64,000 nt of DNA from Thermoanaerobacter sp. (GTDB taxonomy: Bacteria > Bacillota > Thermoanaerobacteria > Thermoanaerobacterales > Thermoanaerobacteraceae). Both the position numbers and the translations under genes were made by a program. Position 1 is the stretch's first letter. Each line of letters opens with the position of its first letter. Positions 62,271-64,000 of this stretch are shown here, one piece after another. The stretch spans positions 114,793 to 178,792 of the forward strand of contig JADBKJ010000006.1 in NCBI GenBank assembly GCA_014896455.1. The letters are read 5' to 3'. The notes below the pieces were generated by a model, which was given only the letters and a program-made list of their open reading frames with translations, had not been told where the DNA came from and made no database searches.

Positions 62271-62608
62271 ACCCAAAAAGAGGAGAAATATGGCTTGTTA
62301 ATCTAAATCCGACAAGGGGTCATGAGCAAAGTGGTATTCGCCCTGCTGTGGTAATTTCGGTTGACGAATTTAATTCGTGTCCTGCTGATCTGGTAGTTGT
62401 TGTTCCGGTTACCAGCAAAAACAAAAATATACCATTACACGTAGAAATACAGCCTCATAACAGTGAACTTGCAAAAGTGTCATTTGCAAAACCGGAAGAC
62501 ATACGCTCAATTTCTAAAGAAAGACTTGTAAAAAGAGTAGGAGAAATGCCAAAAGAAAAATTACAGGAATTAGAAGAAAAAATAAAAATTTTGCTTGGAT
62601 TACAATAG
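62267..62608 (+). CDS. mazF: PemK/MazF-family endoribonuclease toxin
   Basis: KRGEIWLVNLNPTRGHEQSGIRPAVVIS, VVVPVTS, EDIRSISKERL. Confidence 0.93.
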   Translation: MNPKRGEIWLVNLNPTRGHEQSGIRPAVVISVDEFNSCPADLVVVVPVTSKNKNIPLHVEIQPHNSELAKVSFAKPEDIRSISKERLVKRVGEMPKEKLQELEEKIKILLGLQ

Positions 62609-62625
62609 CTCCAAATTGTACGTCT

Positions 62626-62887
62626 CAGTTTGTTGGCAAAGTTAAAAAACATTCAAAGGAGATATTTTGCATCGTCGCTCCGATGTTCCAAAGCGACAAA
62701 ACTAAACTCGACTTTCAGGTTCCGGCAGGGTACCCCGTCAGGCGACGTCCTGTCTCAGGTGCCCGCCTCCGCCCTCCTTGGCTTCGGCCCTGCCTCCACC
62801 CTCAGTCTCGCTAAGTTTTGTTACCGCTTTGTCACAAGTCGCTCCGATTGCAAAATATCTCCTTTACGAAAGTTTGTCTACAGTCTG
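62626..62887 (-). mobile_element. MITE copy C (262 bp, complete), opposite orientation to copy B
   Basis: CAGTTTGTTGGCAAA...TTTGTCTACAGTCTG; followed by hairpin GCAGGCT-aata-AGCCTGT plus T run. Confidence 0.92.
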
Positions 62888-62971
62888 CGGCAGGCTAATA
62901 AGCCTGTCTTTTTTTATCGACATAATTAATAGAAAAACATTTTTAAATAACCAAAAACGGAGGGGATTTTT

Positions 62972-63309
62972 ATGCAAATGATAGACATCAATCTTTTAAA
63001 AGAACACCTTCGCACCAGAGAATTTTTTGATGACATTCAGGGCGAGCGCTGGCAGGAATTTGTAGAAAGCATAAGAACTAGTGGGATAATAGTGCCACTT
63101 ATAGTAACACAAGGCTATATAGTTACATTAAAAAATTAGAAGAAACAAATAAAATACTAAGAAAGGAAAGGGACAAATTTGTGGAACTGTATCGTGAATA
63201 CGAAGCTGCTTATATGGAAGAGAAATGGAACTTTGAGCTTACAGAAACGCTGGCCAATTTTTCAAAAGAAGTAGCAGGAAGGACAGCTGCAATTGAAGTA
63301 ATGAATTAA
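62972..63309 (+). pseudogene. ParB-like N-terminal domain protein with internal deletion
   Basis: GGAGGGG RBS; MQMIDINLLKEH..REFFDDIQGERWQEFVESIRTSGIIVPLIVT, stop at 63139; a different frame continues LEETNKILRKERD...AIEVMN*. Confidence 0.6.
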
Positions 63310-63382
63310 TCTCCTGCTAGTTTAATAAAAACAAAAAAAGAGTTATAATAAAGGAGGAGAACAAAAAATGGTGGTGAGAATC

Positions 63383-63518
63383 ATGGATAACTTACTTAAA
63401 AATAAAATAAAGGAAATTATTGAGAATCTTCAAGAAGAAGAGCTAGCAGAAGTTATTGATTTTTAATTCTACATCGTTAAGGATTTCATTTTCTTCTTTT
63501 TCTTCTTTAAACTTTACG
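63383..63518 (+). pseudogene. DUF2281-like small antitoxin-type gene broken by a ~55-bp inversion
   Basis: MDNLLKNKIKEIIENLQEEELAEVIDF* on +; VKFKEEKEENEILNDVEL on - at 63518-63464. Confidence 0.55.
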
Positions 63519-64000
63519 TAAGTTGATAGAGAATGGATTTCTCGTATCATCTAACAAAGAAAATGATGAAAATGCTACTTTTTGGAGAATGTACCACGAT
63601 ATCAAATATCGTTCTGTGTTTGAAGTGTGCCATTTGGTAGTGATGCCTACCTACGAGTGCGATTTTAAATGCACATATTGCTTTGAAGACTTCAATTCCT
63701 TGGAAGGGGCAAGAGAAGGATTAGTCACCCCGCAACTACTCTTAAATTGGGTTGAAAAACTATGGCATGTGTACGAGTTTAAGGCACTTAGAATAGTTTT
63801 TTATGGAGGAGAACCTCTACTTCGTAAAGAACTTCTTAAGAACTATGTTAAAGTCATGAGAGAGTGGGGCACTCAAAAAGGTGTGAAATTCTCTTTTTCT
63901 ATCATCACTAATGGTGCTTTATGTAGCGAAGAGTTTATTCAAGATATACTTGAATATGGACTGGAAGAAATGCAAGTTACTATAGATGGTGTTAAGGAGG
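63511..64000 (+). pseudogene. Radical SAM (SPASM-type) enzyme, 5'-truncated, runs off the window
   Basis: KLIENGFLV...VMPTYECDFKCTYCFE (CxxxCxxC), FYGGEPLL, IITNG, MQVTIDG; in-frame TAA at 63508 and no RBS. Confidence 0.8.

Noticed and set aside
58527-62981. ORFs 58527-58913, 58608-58841, 58802-58996, 62630-62929 and 62778-62981 with similar sequences
   Set aside because: They lie on the GC-rich palindromic MITE copies; the similarity reflects the repeat, not a protein family.
1-64000. CRISPR array
   Set aside because: No run of equal-length direct repeats with unique spacers; all repeats found are dispersed, paired or nested.
31800-64000. General sequencing error as the sole cause of the frameshifts
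   Set aside because: The 31-kb core and several long island genes (4.8, 1.8, 1.6 kb) have none. Individual homopolymer cases (46362, 61109) remain open.

Overview
Low-GC Firmicute chromosome window. Gene order and the tmRNA tag ADRELAYAA suggest a Thermoanaerobacter-like organism (inference). It has two very different halves. 1-31.7 kb is intact core genome: lepA-hemW-hrcA(CIRCE)-grpE-dnaK-dnaJ-prmA-rsmE-mtaB-HIT-rpsU-yqeY, a convergent asparaginase, yqfC-yqfD-phoH-pgpH-ybeY-dgkA-era-deoC-recO-DUF4342-glyQS-ccpN-ppsR-ppdK, an HD protein, rnr, smpB, tmRNA and tRNA-Ala(GGC). 31.8-64 kb is an accessory island downstream of the tmRNA/tRNA pair. Intact genes there are cstA, TPP-riboswitch-thiD, an XRE/membrane pair, pepF, two YeeE-type sulfur transporters around a LysR, a 1607-aa DUF11 surface protein, two MFS pumps, an MqsR-like/ZnF-HTH-Panacea TA pair and a MazEF-like pair. 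They sit among many gene fragments (RRNPP-like TPR receptor, three radical SAM fragments, ABC, MFS, Rpn-like, methylase, pilin, ParB, IS1182, IS30, ISL3, IS110) joined by inversions, fold-back duplications and deletions. The most notable observations are: (i) both YeeE proteins appear circularly permuted; (ii) an IS1182-ended MITE whose internal hairpins covary around A(N)GGA loops; (iii) an intact unannotated 35-aa signalling propeptide next to a broken TPR receptor and a radical SAM maturase; (iv) a 4.4-kb block bounded by 65-bp REP-like palindromes; (v) repeated local inversions that can be shown to split single genes. No CRISPR array, rRNA or intact integrase was seen. All family assignments come from motif recognition by eye, not database searches.
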